From positions 672,001 through 736,000 of the forward strand of contig CM000435.1 of assembly GCA_000165345.1 (NCBI GenBank): 64,000 bases of DNA, given 5' to 3'. The notes below the pieces were generated by a model that was not told where the DNA came from, searched no databases, and saw only the letters and a list, made by a program, of their open reading frames with translations. This document shows, piece after piece, positions 1-9,593 of the stretch; the stretch's first letter is position 1; every line of letters begins with the position of its first letter. The translations under genes and the position numbers were made by a program.

Positions 1-712
1 ATTCTTTCCATTCTTTTTGATCTGATATTATTTTTCCATATTTATTATTCCTAACTAATTTCCAGCTGAGCTTATTCGGATTCGAGTAAATATTTATCGA
101 GTCAAAAATAAACTCAGAATCCTCAAACCATACCTTTAATACTCGCGAATTATTTTCACAAAGTTGTTGAACAAACTTTCTAACAAACAGTTTTCTTCCT
201 CTTCTAAACCACTTTTCTTTCCATCTTCTGTTTTTTTTATAATCTACACCAATTAATTGGCCGAGTGATGCTCTATTGCAATTTTCAAACTTTTCACATA
301 GAGACAAACTCTGTTCATTACTATTTTCTCTTAATTCATTTTTTAAACACTGAAAATTAATATTATTTGGTGATTCGTCTTCGCTATAAGGCATTTGGGA
401 AATATTTGAATCTTTAGGAATATTTCTCTGTTCAATCCATTCTTCTTTCCAACTTTTGTCCCTTGCTTCTTTTTTCCCCCATAAAAGACCTTCATCGTTT
501 CCTTCCCAAGTTTCAATGTACTCATCATTTTCGAGAGTTTTTTTTTCTCTGGAATTGAGTGACAGGTTTAATTCATCTTTCAATTCATCGTCATAGTTTG
601 AAAAGTATAAACGGTCACCAAATGTTGATCTAATATTGTCATTAAATAATTGTTGTTCATTTTCAGCCGTCGAAATCGAGCTACGAAGGCTTTGAAATTT
701 TGAAAATTGCAT
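1..712 (-). CDS. Hypothetical protein, partial; the 3' end runs off the window. Translation begins MQFSKFQSLRSSISTAENEQQLFNDNIRSTFGDRLYFSNYDDELKDELN...
   Basis: Hand translation of the minus strand finds an ATG (reverse complement of 710-712) and an open frame to position 1. The track omits it, presumably because it is truncated at the window edge. The overlapping track ORF 343..528 lies in another frame. Confidence 0.4.
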   Translation of the reverse strand, partial: MQFSKFQSLRSSISTAENEQQLFNDNIRSTFGDRLYFSNYDDELKDELNLSLNSREKKTLENDEYIETWEGNDEGLLWGKKEARDKSWKEEWIEQRNIPKDSNISQMPYSEDESPNNINFQCLKNELRENSNEQSLSLCEKFENCNRASLGQLIGVDYKKNRRWKEKWFRRGRKLFVRKFVQQLCENNSRVLKVWFEDSEFIFDSINIYSNPNKLSWKLVRNNKYGKIISDQKEWKE

Positions 713-774
713 TAATATTTTAGAAAAATTTTAATAATATTAAATATAATTTAACATGTAAATCTGCTATTTCT

Positions 775-795
775 AAAAAAAAAAAAAAAAAAAAA
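775..795. repeat. Poly(A) homopolymer run (about 21 nt) in an intergenic spacer
   Basis: Direct reading of the sequence. Confidence 0.85.
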
Positions 796-877
796 TATAA
801 AAAAGAGCGATATAGACAATTCGAGCTTCAAGTAAAAGATTAATTTAGATACGAAGTAATAATTACCAAATAAATTC

Positions 878-3271
878 TTATTCGAAATTAAACTTCTTGG
901 AGTGGTTAGTTGAACCGAATATACTACTTTCATCAATTTTCGATAGTGCTTTGTCAAAATAACTAATTCTAGCAGCATAATCATTGGATTTATCAAGCAG
1001 AAAAAAATTATCACTTTTAGAATTAGGAATTTTTAAGTGAATAGATGGCTCAAAATCTTTACCAGTGCTTATTATATAAAATATACGTTGGTGTTCTCTT
1101 GAAATAAATTTCATTGAATTTACAAGATAGTAAATTGAGAGCCAAAATAATTTTGGTACGCTTTGTCTTACAAATTCTCTTTCAGCAATAATCAAAGCAA
1201 TTGTTTCTGAGCTAATTCCCTTACAACTGAACAAACAGCCGTTCATTGGCAATTCTCCTAATAATAAAGACAAATATTTATCAAGTTTTGAAACTAATAC
1301 TTGCATGTCTTGGGCTTTACCCGTCTGACAATTGATTTTTGTTTTCAAAAAATTATTTAAAATAATTTTTCTCTCAATTCCATGAATAATTGGGAAAATA
1401 AGATCAATTAACTTGGTTTTTCTTATAAAAAATTTAGATTCGAAATATTCTTTCTCATCTTCAAAATTTGAAACAAAATCTTTTAAACTATAGATTTCTC
1501 CTTGACTCATTCTTTTTGTGATGAAATATTCAAACTCTGTGAGCAAAGAAGGCAGCCCGGCCATTGTAATTTTAATTAAATTGCAAATATCTTGACTAAA
1601 ATTTAATTTTTTGATTAGAATTAAATCCAAACATTTGTTTTTTTTTTCGAAGTTACAAAAATCAATCATACAATAAACATTCTTGTTAATAATAATATTA
1701 AGATCAACAGCTGTCTTAACCTTATGAAATAACTCTTGGAATTTACCTGAAGCAAAGAGAATATATTTATCATCTATTTGCGAAATATTGATATTAGTTG
1801 TCATATTTACTTTATTTTCGCATTGAAATTTCCTAGAAATGGGTAAAGGTATAATTGGATTACGATTAATTATCACTAGATTAAACAAATTTCTTTTCAG
1901 AGTTGTAGAAACGCAGCCACTTTCAGGCGATCGCTTGGTTTCATTTATTTGTTTAATAAAGTCATTTCTTGGAATACCTTTATTGCAATTTCTACTTTTC
2001 ATTTTGGATAAGTTTATGATAATAGCAGCTGAGGGTATATCATTGATTCCCAATAAAATACTACCAAAATTTAAAGAATGATATACTTCTTGTAATAGCT
2101 TAAAACTATTCCTTCCGACAGGAGATGTCAGAGGAAATAACTTAATAGCAGTTGGACTCCAGTGAGAAGGCACAAAACCTATAATTTTCATAGAAATGTT
2201 ATCAACTAACCTATCCCATCCTTTTTTTTGAAACTCATTTTCCATAATTGCGATAATATTCTCCTGTTCTACCACCTCTCCTTCCTCTGAGTCAGATAAA
2301 TCTGTCGGGTCAATCTTTCTATCGATATACTCGTTGTAAGCATTTTTGTCCACATATTTCAATAAATAATTGTTTTTTTCTGCAAATAGTGTTAATATAG
2401 TATTTCCACCGAAGAATAGGTTTGAAAAATCTAACCTTAAAGTTAATAAGTTCAGCGAATTTGCAATTATTACATCAGAATAGCTCAGTAAACATCTTGA
2501 ATCTACACAAGATATTTTAATTTGATGATTACTTTGATTCGTAATAATAGTTGGTCTTTTATCACTACTTATAGAAAGAAGTACTTTAGAATATTTAATT
2601 ATTAAAATCAAATTGATTTTTATATTTCTTAGGTTGAAAAATTCTCTCTGTAAGTCATTAAAGCAAATGCTCAGTAACCCTTCAATAATTTTAATTGGCA
2701 TTGCATCATCTTCAGTTGATTCAAAAGATGAGTTAAATTCCATATTATTTTCCGGAATTATACTCCAAATAGTAATATTTTTATTTTCGTCACCGCATTT
2801 CTTTATGATGTTTCGTAAAATACTTACAAAGTTGACATTCAGTTGGCTATTAAATATTTGTTCAGTGTTTTGATGGGATTTTTTTTTTATTTCATTTTTA
2901 GTCATATTGGAAGAAATTTTTTCGAATTCCTTATCCGACTTTAACCATATATCAATTATAGACTGGTAAATTTGTCTGGAACTTAAGCATTCATCAATTT
3001 TATACAATTTTTCGTTTAATCTACTGGAGACAAAAAAGCCAAGCTTTCGCAAAAAAGTGTTAATTTGAAATTCATTGGAAATTATTCGAGAGAATACTCT
3101 AGATAAACTATCAATTGTTCTGTCATTGCAAGAAACAAATGGATATATAAGGTTATGCGAGTATCTTTCGAGGGTTTGATTATTGATTCTTCCTGAGATT
3201 AAATCGCTTTTAAGAAGTACCCAGTTTATTGGGGGGTGGTATTGTACAATGTGGACTTCATTCCCTATCAT
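878..3271 (-). CDS. Large hypothetical protein (797 aa)
   Basis: Long ORF with an ATG start verified at 3269-3271. Composition is coding-like. I recognise no family. Confidence 0.6.
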   Translation of the reverse strand: MIGNEVHIVQYHPPINWVLLKSDLISGRINNQTLERYSHNLIYPFVSCNDRTIDSLSRVFSRIISNEFQINTFLRKLGFFVSSRLNEKLYKIDECLSSRQIYQSIIDIWLKSDKEFEKISSNMTKNEIKKKSHQNTEQIFNSQLNVNFVSILRNIIKKCGDENKNITIWSIIPENNMEFNSSFESTEDDAMPIKIIEGLLSICFNDLQREFFNLRNIKINLILIIKYSKVLLSISSDKRPTIITNQSNHQIKISCVDSRCLLSYSDVIIANSLNLLTLRLDFSNLFFGGNTILTLFAEKNNYLLKYVDKNAYNEYIDRKIDPTDLSDSEEGEVVEQENIIAIMENEFQKKGWDRLVDNISMKIIGFVPSHWSPTAIKLFPLTSPVGRNSFKLLQEVYHSLNFGSILLGINDIPSAAIIINLSKMKSRNCNKGIPRNDFIKQINETKRSPESGCVSTTLKRNLFNLVIINRNPIIPLPISRKFQCENKVNMTTNINISQIDDKYILFASGKFQELFHKVKTAVDLNIIINKNVYCMIDFCNFEKKNKCLDLILIKKLNFSQDICNLIKITMAGLPSLLTEFEYFITKRMSQGEIYSLKDFVSNFEDEKEYFESKFFIRKTKLIDLIFPIIHGIERKIILNNFLKTKINCQTGKAQDMQVLVSKLDKYLSLLLGELPMNGCLFSCKGISSETIALIIAEREFVRQSVPKLFWLSIYYLVNSMKFISREHQRIFYIISTGKDFEPSIHLKIPNSKSDNFFLLDKSNDYAARISYFDKALSKIDESSIFGSTNHSKKFNFE

Positions 3272-3390
3272 TATTTATCAATTATCCCATCATGAAAAAA
3301 AAATTAAAGATACAATTAGAAAAATCGATTTAACATTAGGACTAAAAAAATTTTAACCGGATTTTTTTTTCAAAAATAGCGGGTATACTA

Positions 3391-3921
3391 TTAATCAGAA
3401 GGCCTATTTTGCAAAGCTTGCTGTTTAATTCTTCTATTATATTCTGCTCTATTATTTGAGTAAAGCTGATACGACTCAGCTTGAGCTGGGGATTTAATAT
3501 TTGGGTTATCTAAAAGATCTTGGATACCTAGCAAAATCTGTTTCATGGTAATTGAGGGTTTCCAATCTTCATCTTCATTTAGAATAGAAAGGCAAACCGT
3601 ACCTGAAGGATATATGTTAGGGTGAAACAGTGGTGGTTGAAAAATACACTTAGGAGGTTTTGCAGGGTAATCTTCAGGGAATGTTACATTTAGCGTATAT
3701 TCACCATTTTCCCAGAGAGTCTAGCATTATAGAAGTAAGAATGATTTTAATTAACAAATTAATTAACTTACCCCACTTTTACCCGGAATCTTGCATATCC
3801 ATTTCATCATATCTTGGCCTTCTCCATCCTCAGATGGAGCATATTTTGCAGAGAATCCAACTGGATGGTCCTTTCGCCATTCTGCTCTTTCTTGAGCAAT
3901 TCTCTTCCTCGAAAAACTCAT
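3391..3921 (-). CDS. UBC9: SUMO-conjugating enzyme E2 (UBC9), two exons: join(3391..3720, 3772..3921), with a 51-nt intron at 3721..3771
   Basis: Exon 1 reads [50 protein letters not shown]. The intron is GTAAGTTAATT...ATGCTAG, phase 0. Exon 2 reads [124 protein letters not shown] carries the E2 active-site Cys. The 159-aa product is collinear with UBC9 (RLAQERKAWRKDHPFGF...[16 protein letters not shown]...LLGIQELLNEPN). The gene is not in the ORF track. Confidence 0.8.
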
Positions 3922-4087
3922 TCTAGTAATTATCTTCGAAATAAATACAATTCATTAATTTAATTCTTACATATGTTTGTTTTCCCGGAATTTATTGGGC
4001 GATACGTATAGTTATTTTTATATTGGACAAAAAAAAAAGAAAAATCGAACAGAAATTAATGATTCAAAAACTAGACTAATAATGCCG

Positions 4088-6109
4088 CTAATACACTAAT
4101 AATAAGATATTAATTATAAGGCATATTCCATAATATGTTTTTTTCAAAAAAATATTGTATTCAGTAGATTTTTTTTGCGGTTTATTTATTTCTCCTGGAC
4201 CAGTAAGTAACAATTTATTTCCTGTGCATTTATCAGGCAAAGATTCTGATGAAACTTGACGGATAATACCAGGGTACCAAAACATGTCACACGAATCTGC
4301 TGAAACATTCATAAAACCACCAATTCCCCATGACACTCCCCAACTATTTTGTATTACATAATATTTATCGCCATTGTCATTTATTCCATACCCGATCATA
4401 ATTACTGCATGGTTCAGTTCAGAGTGAGTTGTGCATTTTGGTGCCTTATAAATTCCATCTGAATAGCTGCTAAAACCGGGTAAATTAGAATTAATACTTA
4501 ATGAAATTGACCCAACTTTCGGAAGTATTGTTGTCACAAAATCCCAGCCATCATCACCATTTAATGCAAGGCCAGTAAAAACATTATATTTGCTAATAGT
4601 TAAACAACCATTGCAAGCACTCGCCTTGCAACTACTAATTGAGTCGATATAAGGGTATTCATTCCAAGAACAAATGTAATTTCTCGGGACGTTTTGTTCA
4701 AGCAAGTAACTCCAACCATTCGAATAAAATCCGCCATCGCATCCTAAATTCCCAAAACTCATGCTGCAATCAATTATTTGTTGAGGAGATAGCGGCGCAG
4801 GCAGTACCAACTTTTGTATACAATTTGAAATACTTATTGATGCACTAACAACAAATGCATAGCATCCACCGCATTTACCCTGATCAAAAGGTATATATAC
4901 ACAGGAACCTCCATTTACATCGCGCGAATCAAAATATATATTTTTATTTGTTATCTCGCCAGTTTCATTAACTCCGTTACCAGCGTTCGAATTTTCTGTA
5001 TTCAACTCCTTTAAGATTTCATTTCCACTGCTGTGCGTGGGCTCAAGCTTTTGTACAGATCTACCTAACAGATTTTCAGATTGTATCTCTTTTCCTTCCG
5101 CAATAGATTCTTTCCAGCTATATCCGGTTACTTTATCCCCTAAATTCTTTGGAATAATTAATTTGGAAGGGGGGCGATCAAGCGATAATTGAGTCAATTC
5201 AAATCTTGCTTCTGGATTTGACTTGATTGCTGAAATAATCTCCTGAATTTTTATATTACAAATTTCTAAGGAAGATCTGTTCAGTCCTAAATTTGATTGA
5301 ACTTCAGAAACAAATATGCAGATACAATCTATAATTGATTGACTATTATCTTGATTATTTGTCAAATTTAATAGATTCATGGGACTTGAATTAATATTTG
5401 GAGTATCCAACAATCTGTCCATCCACGTGGTATTTGTTCTATAAATAGAGTTAAAAAACACCTCAGGTTGAATAATTATATCAAGGTGATTGTCCATTTT
5501 TCCAGAATTAGTTGCAATATTGATTTTAATTGTAGTATTTACAACTCTCTCATTCTCAGCTTTCAAGATGCTAGTAGAATTGTTATTTAAACCCTCATTT
5601 TCAAGCTCACGAGTCTTATTAAATAAGTAAAAAATCAAAGAGATCTTTTGAAGATATTTGTTCAGCTTCTCGTATTTACTTATACATTGATGAACATCAA
5701 TGGAAAAATTGAATACAAATGGATCGAAAAACTTAGAAGTCAAATTATCTTCTTCAACTAAACTATTATTTTTCTGGAAATCTTTTTCTATGAAATTTTC
5801 AGTGCGATGATCTACTAGTTTAGTGGAGCTTTGACTAGAATAGTTATTTGGAGAAAATATTTCAGTATTTGTTTCGTTTTTTTTTCCAATTAGTATGGAG
5901 TGGTCATCTTTTTCTTGCTTCAACGTACGACTCACACCGGATTCATTACCGTTCATGGAGTGGTTTCCATTATGTAATAAGTTACCATTTATTTTTGTGA
6001 TAATTGAGAGAAAACTAATAAAATTGATAAATACAATGAACTTATTCCATTTTCTTCCACATGACTTATTTGGAATTTGCAGGTCTTTCTCTGTGAACCC
6101 AATTTGCAT
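4088..6109 (-). CDS. Papain-family (C1) cysteine protease with an N-terminal signal-anchor (type II membrane) and a long pro-region; cathepsin-like
   Basis: The C-terminal catalytic domain has QGKCGGCYAF (active Cys), HAVIMIGYG (His) and NSWGVSWG (Asn). The hydrophobic N-terminal stretch is FIVFINFISFLSIITKI. The track start at 6145 is TTG, so I take the first ATG at 6107-6109 (MQIGFTEKD). Confidence 0.75.
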   Translation of the reverse strand: MQIGFTEKDLQIPNKSCGRKWNKFIVFINFISFLSIITKINGNLLHNGNHSMNGNESGVSRTLKQEKDDHSILIGKKNETNTEIFSPNNYSSQSSTKLVDHRTENFIEKDFQKNNSLVEEDNLTSKFFDPFVFNFSIDVHQCISKYEKLNKYLQKISLIFYLFNKTRELENEGLNNNSTSILKAENERVVNTTIKINIATNSGKMDNHLDIIIQPEVFFNSIYRTNTTWMDRLLDTPNINSSPMNLLNLTNNQDNSQSIIDCICIFVSEVQSNLGLNRSSLEICNIKIQEIISAIKSNPEARFELTQLSLDRPPSKLIIPKNLGDKVTGYSWKESIAEGKEIQSENLLGRSVQKLEPTHSSGNEILKELNTENSNAGNGVNETGEITNKNIYFDSRDVNGGSCVYIPFDQGKCGGCYAFVVSASISISNCIQKLVLPAPLSPQQIIDCSMSFGNLGCDGGFYSNGWSYLLEQNVPRNYICSWNEYPYIDSISSCKASACNGCLTISKYNVFTGLALNGDDGWDFVTTILPKVGSISLSINSNLPGFSSYSDGIYKAPKCTTHSELNHAVIMIGYGINDNGDKYYVIQNSWGVSWGIGGFMNVSADSCDMFWYPGIIRQVSSESLPDKCTGNKLLLTGPGEINKPQKKSTEYNIFLKKTYYGICLIINILLLVY

Positions 6110-6302
6110 TCTAATAAATTTCTGTTCGGGAGGAGAGCAATACAAATTAAATATTTAAGTTATTTCGCCTTAATGGCAACTAAGAAACAATATTATTAAT
6201 TTCATGAAACATTTTAGCCCCACGCAATTAGCGTGTGCATAGATGATGCCGCCAGAAAAAAAATGGTTAGGTCTGCAGAAAAATTCAGGAAAAAAAAACT
6301 AT

Positions 6303-8780
6303 TCAAATAATTGAATGAACAAGGGTATAAATTAAAGGCTCAGTCTGACTATTCTTTCTTAGGTGTGAGAAAATTTCCATAAATTGGTTGTTAACAGGAT
6401 TGCCTTTTACAGTGGAAAAATAGTCGACAATGTTATTGTCGGCAGTGCCATCTTCATCTATGAAGAAATCAGTGAGGACTATATTTGAAGAAATTGAGGA
6501 ATTTGAAATGATTGCTTCTATTTTCAGAATTATAATTAAGTGAAAGTTTGGGGATTCTTTGGATAAGCTGAGCAGTTCTTCCTTAAGGCGATAAGCGTTG
6601 ATTGAGCTCAAAAAATTTGGAGATAAAGTCTCTATTTCTTTGTATATTTGAGATATAAATTCTTCGGAACTTTTATATTCACAGTTGCTTATGGTTTTTG
6701 ACTTGCCAATAGCTGTATTACGAAAATTAAGTCCTGAAAGAATATTATTACAGTTGGATTTTGAATGATTATTAACAAGAGCAAAATTTTCAAGACTTAA
6801 GTTTTGTTCTGTAGAAATATAGCCTGATAACCCTCCGTCAAAATTTAATAGTTTCTCGCAATTAAATGATTGTTGTGTTCCGAAATCTACCTGATTAGAC
6901 TTATTTTCAATATCCTCATGAATATTAGTTGATTTTTGTATTAATACGTCCGCACTCAACTTCCAATTAAATAATGAGGAATGATTAATGTTTTGAAATA
7001 TTTGATATATTACTGAGTGCAGGATTCCCGGAATTTTCTTATTACGGTCTTTAATTCCTTGTCTATCATTATATTCGCTGATTCCATCGCAGATTGAGAC
7101 TATCCTGGCATCATTTGTGCCCCAGAAAGTTTGTCTTGAAGCTGCGGAATTTGATCCAACATTAGTAATAAAAATAGAGGAAATTTCAGAAATAGGGCTA
7201 TTATTGCTTTTTGATTTATCATGCAAATCACTCTTCTCACTAAAAACTAGTTTAATATTATTGAATAAATCATTAATTAAAAGCAAAATGTCCATTTCAA
7301 CTTCCTTTTGTTCGTTAATATCAACCAAGTAATACTTACTTTTCTCAACACAATTATTTAACGAGCTCATCTCAAATGGATTTTTTTCTGTTTCGGAGTC
7401 AATTTTTGAATATATTAATGATTGCCTTCTAATAATATTGTTTTTATAATGAATTTTTGGTTGGTAGCATGTACTCGACTGCGGCTCGTCGATTTTATCA
7501 ATAATATTTGAAATTTGTTTATCAATTATAGATAGATCAGTCAATAATAATGTTGAAGGCCTCTTGGTATCATCAAACTCGATTATCTTATCAAATCTAA
7601 TAGTTTCCTTGCCAATACTAAACTGAAACTTTTTAATATCAATTTTTAGTTTTACTTCATTTCCCACAAATCGATTTTTTTGAGAAATTGACTGATGGAT
7701 ATCCTTATTCTCAGTTTTATCTACAGCTATAGTTTTTTTTCCGCATGAAGGAATAGAAATATGAACTTTTGACAACTGTGGTATTTCAGATGAATATGTT
7801 CTACAAATAAACTTTGGATTTTTTGTAAGCTTATGCAGCCTAAATTGGAGTTGATTGATCAGTAATTTGTCATTTTGCAATAGTTTTTCTAAATTTAAAG
7901 AGTATTCAATAGATTTGTTGAATGGAACTTTTAAGTTTTGAAATATTAACTCTCCGTCATCCTTCTCTAACTCGTAAAATTCAATTGACTTTTCGCATTC
8001 CAAAATTTCTTTAGATATTAATTTAATTGTTTGTTCAATATCAACATTTTGTAGTTTAAAATCATCAATCGAACTTTTAATATAGTCCAAATCTTTCAAG
8101 TTATATAAATTACATTCCATTTTACTAATTTGGTTTTCCAGATTTATTATTTCGCATTTTAATGTTTTCTCAAACTCCTGTATTAGCTCAATTTCTTTAA
8201 AATATATAGAGTTGTTCTCATCGAGGTATTCCAGCTGGAGTTTAAGCTCAGATTCAATTAACTCGCTAAGTAGCAATTCTTGGCTAAGCTTGTTTTCTGC
8301 GGATTCTAATTTCAACTTGGTTTTTTCAAGTCTCAACTCTCTTTCTTTTATCAAACTTTGTTGTCTAATACTTAAACATTTACTTACATTATCTCTTTCG
8401 CTTTTAATATTTTGATTCGAAAGACTTGAGTTTTGAATTAAAGTATTTTTAGATATATTTTTAAGGTTAACTTGGCTACTTGATGATACTTTTTTTGTAA
8501 CAGTCTTTGAAGATTGCTTGATTTCTGTTTTAGTATTTTTACTTTGAACCTTATCTGATAAATATGCAACTCTTGGTACTCTGAAATTCATAGAACTTTG
8601 AGAATTAGCTTTACTTCTCAAAAGATTGTTCTCTTTGTTCTCATTCTTTAAAGATTTTGCTGGATTTAGTTTTTGCTTACTATCACTCAAATTATTTATG
8701 TCTGTTTTTATTTGGCTAGAAATTGTAGATGGTTTTTTCAAATTTGTAGGCCGAATCAAACACGGGATTTTAGATGACAT
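6303..8780 (-). CDS. Hypothetical coiled-coil protein (825 aa) with a Ser/Asn/Lys-rich N-terminus
   Basis: Long ORF with a verified ATG. The central region is heptad-rich (LQLEYLDENNSIYFKEIELIQEFEKTLK...). Confidence 0.55.
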   Translation of the reverse strand: MSSKIPCLIRPTNLKKPSTISSQIKTDINNLSDSKQKLNPAKSLKNENKENNLLRSKANSQSSMNFRVPRVAYLSDKVQSKNTKTEIKQSSKTVTKKVSSSSQVNLKNISKNTLIQNSSLSNQNIKSERDNVSKCLSIRQQSLIKERELRLEKTKLKLESAENKLSQELLLSELIESELKLQLEYLDENNSIYFKEIELIQEFEKTLKCEIINLENQISKMECNLYNLKDLDYIKSSIDDFKLQNVDIEQTIKLISKEILECEKSIEFYELEKDDGELIFQNLKVPFNKSIEYSLNLEKLLQNDKLLINQLQFRLHKLTKNPKFICRTYSSEIPQLSKVHISIPSCGKKTIAVDKTENKDIHQSISQKNRFVGNEVKLKIDIKKFQFSIGKETIRFDKIIEFDDTKRPSTLLLTDLSIIDKQISNIIDKIDEPQSSTCYQPKIHYKNNIIRRQSLIYSKIDSETEKNPFEMSSLNNCVEKSKYYLVDINEQKEVEMDILLLINDLFNNIKLVFSEKSDLHDKSKSNNSPISEISSIFITNVGSNSAASRQTFWGTNDARIVSICDGISEYNDRQGIKDRNKKIPGILHSVIYQIFQNINHSSLFNWKLSADVLIQKSTNIHEDIENKSNQVDFGTQQSFNCEKLLNFDGGLSGYISTEQNLSLENFALVNNHSKSNCNNILSGLNFRNTAIGKSKTISNCEYKSSEEFISQIYKEIETLSPNFLSSINAYRLKEELLSLSKESPNFHLIIILKIEAIISNSSISSNIVLTDFFIDEDGTADNNIVDYFSTVKGNPVNNQFMEIFSHLRKNSQTEPLIYTLVHSII

Positions 8781-9096
8781 TCTTCAGAAAATAATTATTA
8801 AGAGTTTGATTGAATATAGGTAAATATTCTATTAAAAAACATAATTTCATTTAACTTATCAAATCTAAATTTTACTCATCAAAGGGGGGGACAAAATTTT
8901 CATTTTTTTCCGGCATAATCTTTTAATAACCATGTCTAAAATAAATTCATTTCATTAATTGATACAATAAATTGGCTTAATATAATTAGAGGGATAATTA
9001 GAATTTAGGCAAACGAATTATGCGTAAAATGAGTACAGTAATCAAAAATTACTCTTGATCAATCTAACGAGCTTTAAAGCTAGTAAATAAAGCTTA

Positions 9097-9130
<34 letters not shown>

Positions 9131-9593
9131 CAGTTTAATACATCCGAAGAGCATTTATAATATAAACATTTTTTATCTGCCCATTAATCTCACACTTAAG
9201 AAGACTAGACATAAATTTATTTCACCCTTTTTTTATTTATTAAACCCAAGTCATAATTGATTAAATTGTTTTGCTATGTATAAATCATTCTTTCTTTGAA
9301 CATAAGTTTTGTTTTTGATAAAGTACTTTATTTGTTTTCGATTTTTTCCATATTTTATTAAATTTAAATAATAATTTTCATAGTTGATTAATCTACTTTT
9401 TTTGTATTGAAATATACATAGCGTTCATTATTGTTCACACATCGATTCCTCGAGAGAAAAATATTATGTCATAAATGGATGCTTATATCTAGAGTAGTAT
9501 TCATACATTAAATTCACTTAAACGTATAAATGGATCAAATGACCCATATTAAAGACTTACGGATCTTGGTGTTTTTTTAATTTAGAACAAAAA

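Noticed and set aside
343-528. 61-aa minus-strand track ORF
   Set aside because: It lies inside the longer partial minus-strand ORF 1..712 but in a different frame. Its Lys/Gly-rich composition comes from poly-A/T runs.
1839-2873. Plus-strand track ORFs 1839..2081 and 2613..2873
   Set aside because: They are embedded antisense in the 797-aa minus-strand gene and show hydrophobic antisense composition.
3660-3926. 88-aa plus-strand track ORF
   Set aside because: It is antisense to the two UBC9 exons and their intron, so it is a shadow ORF.
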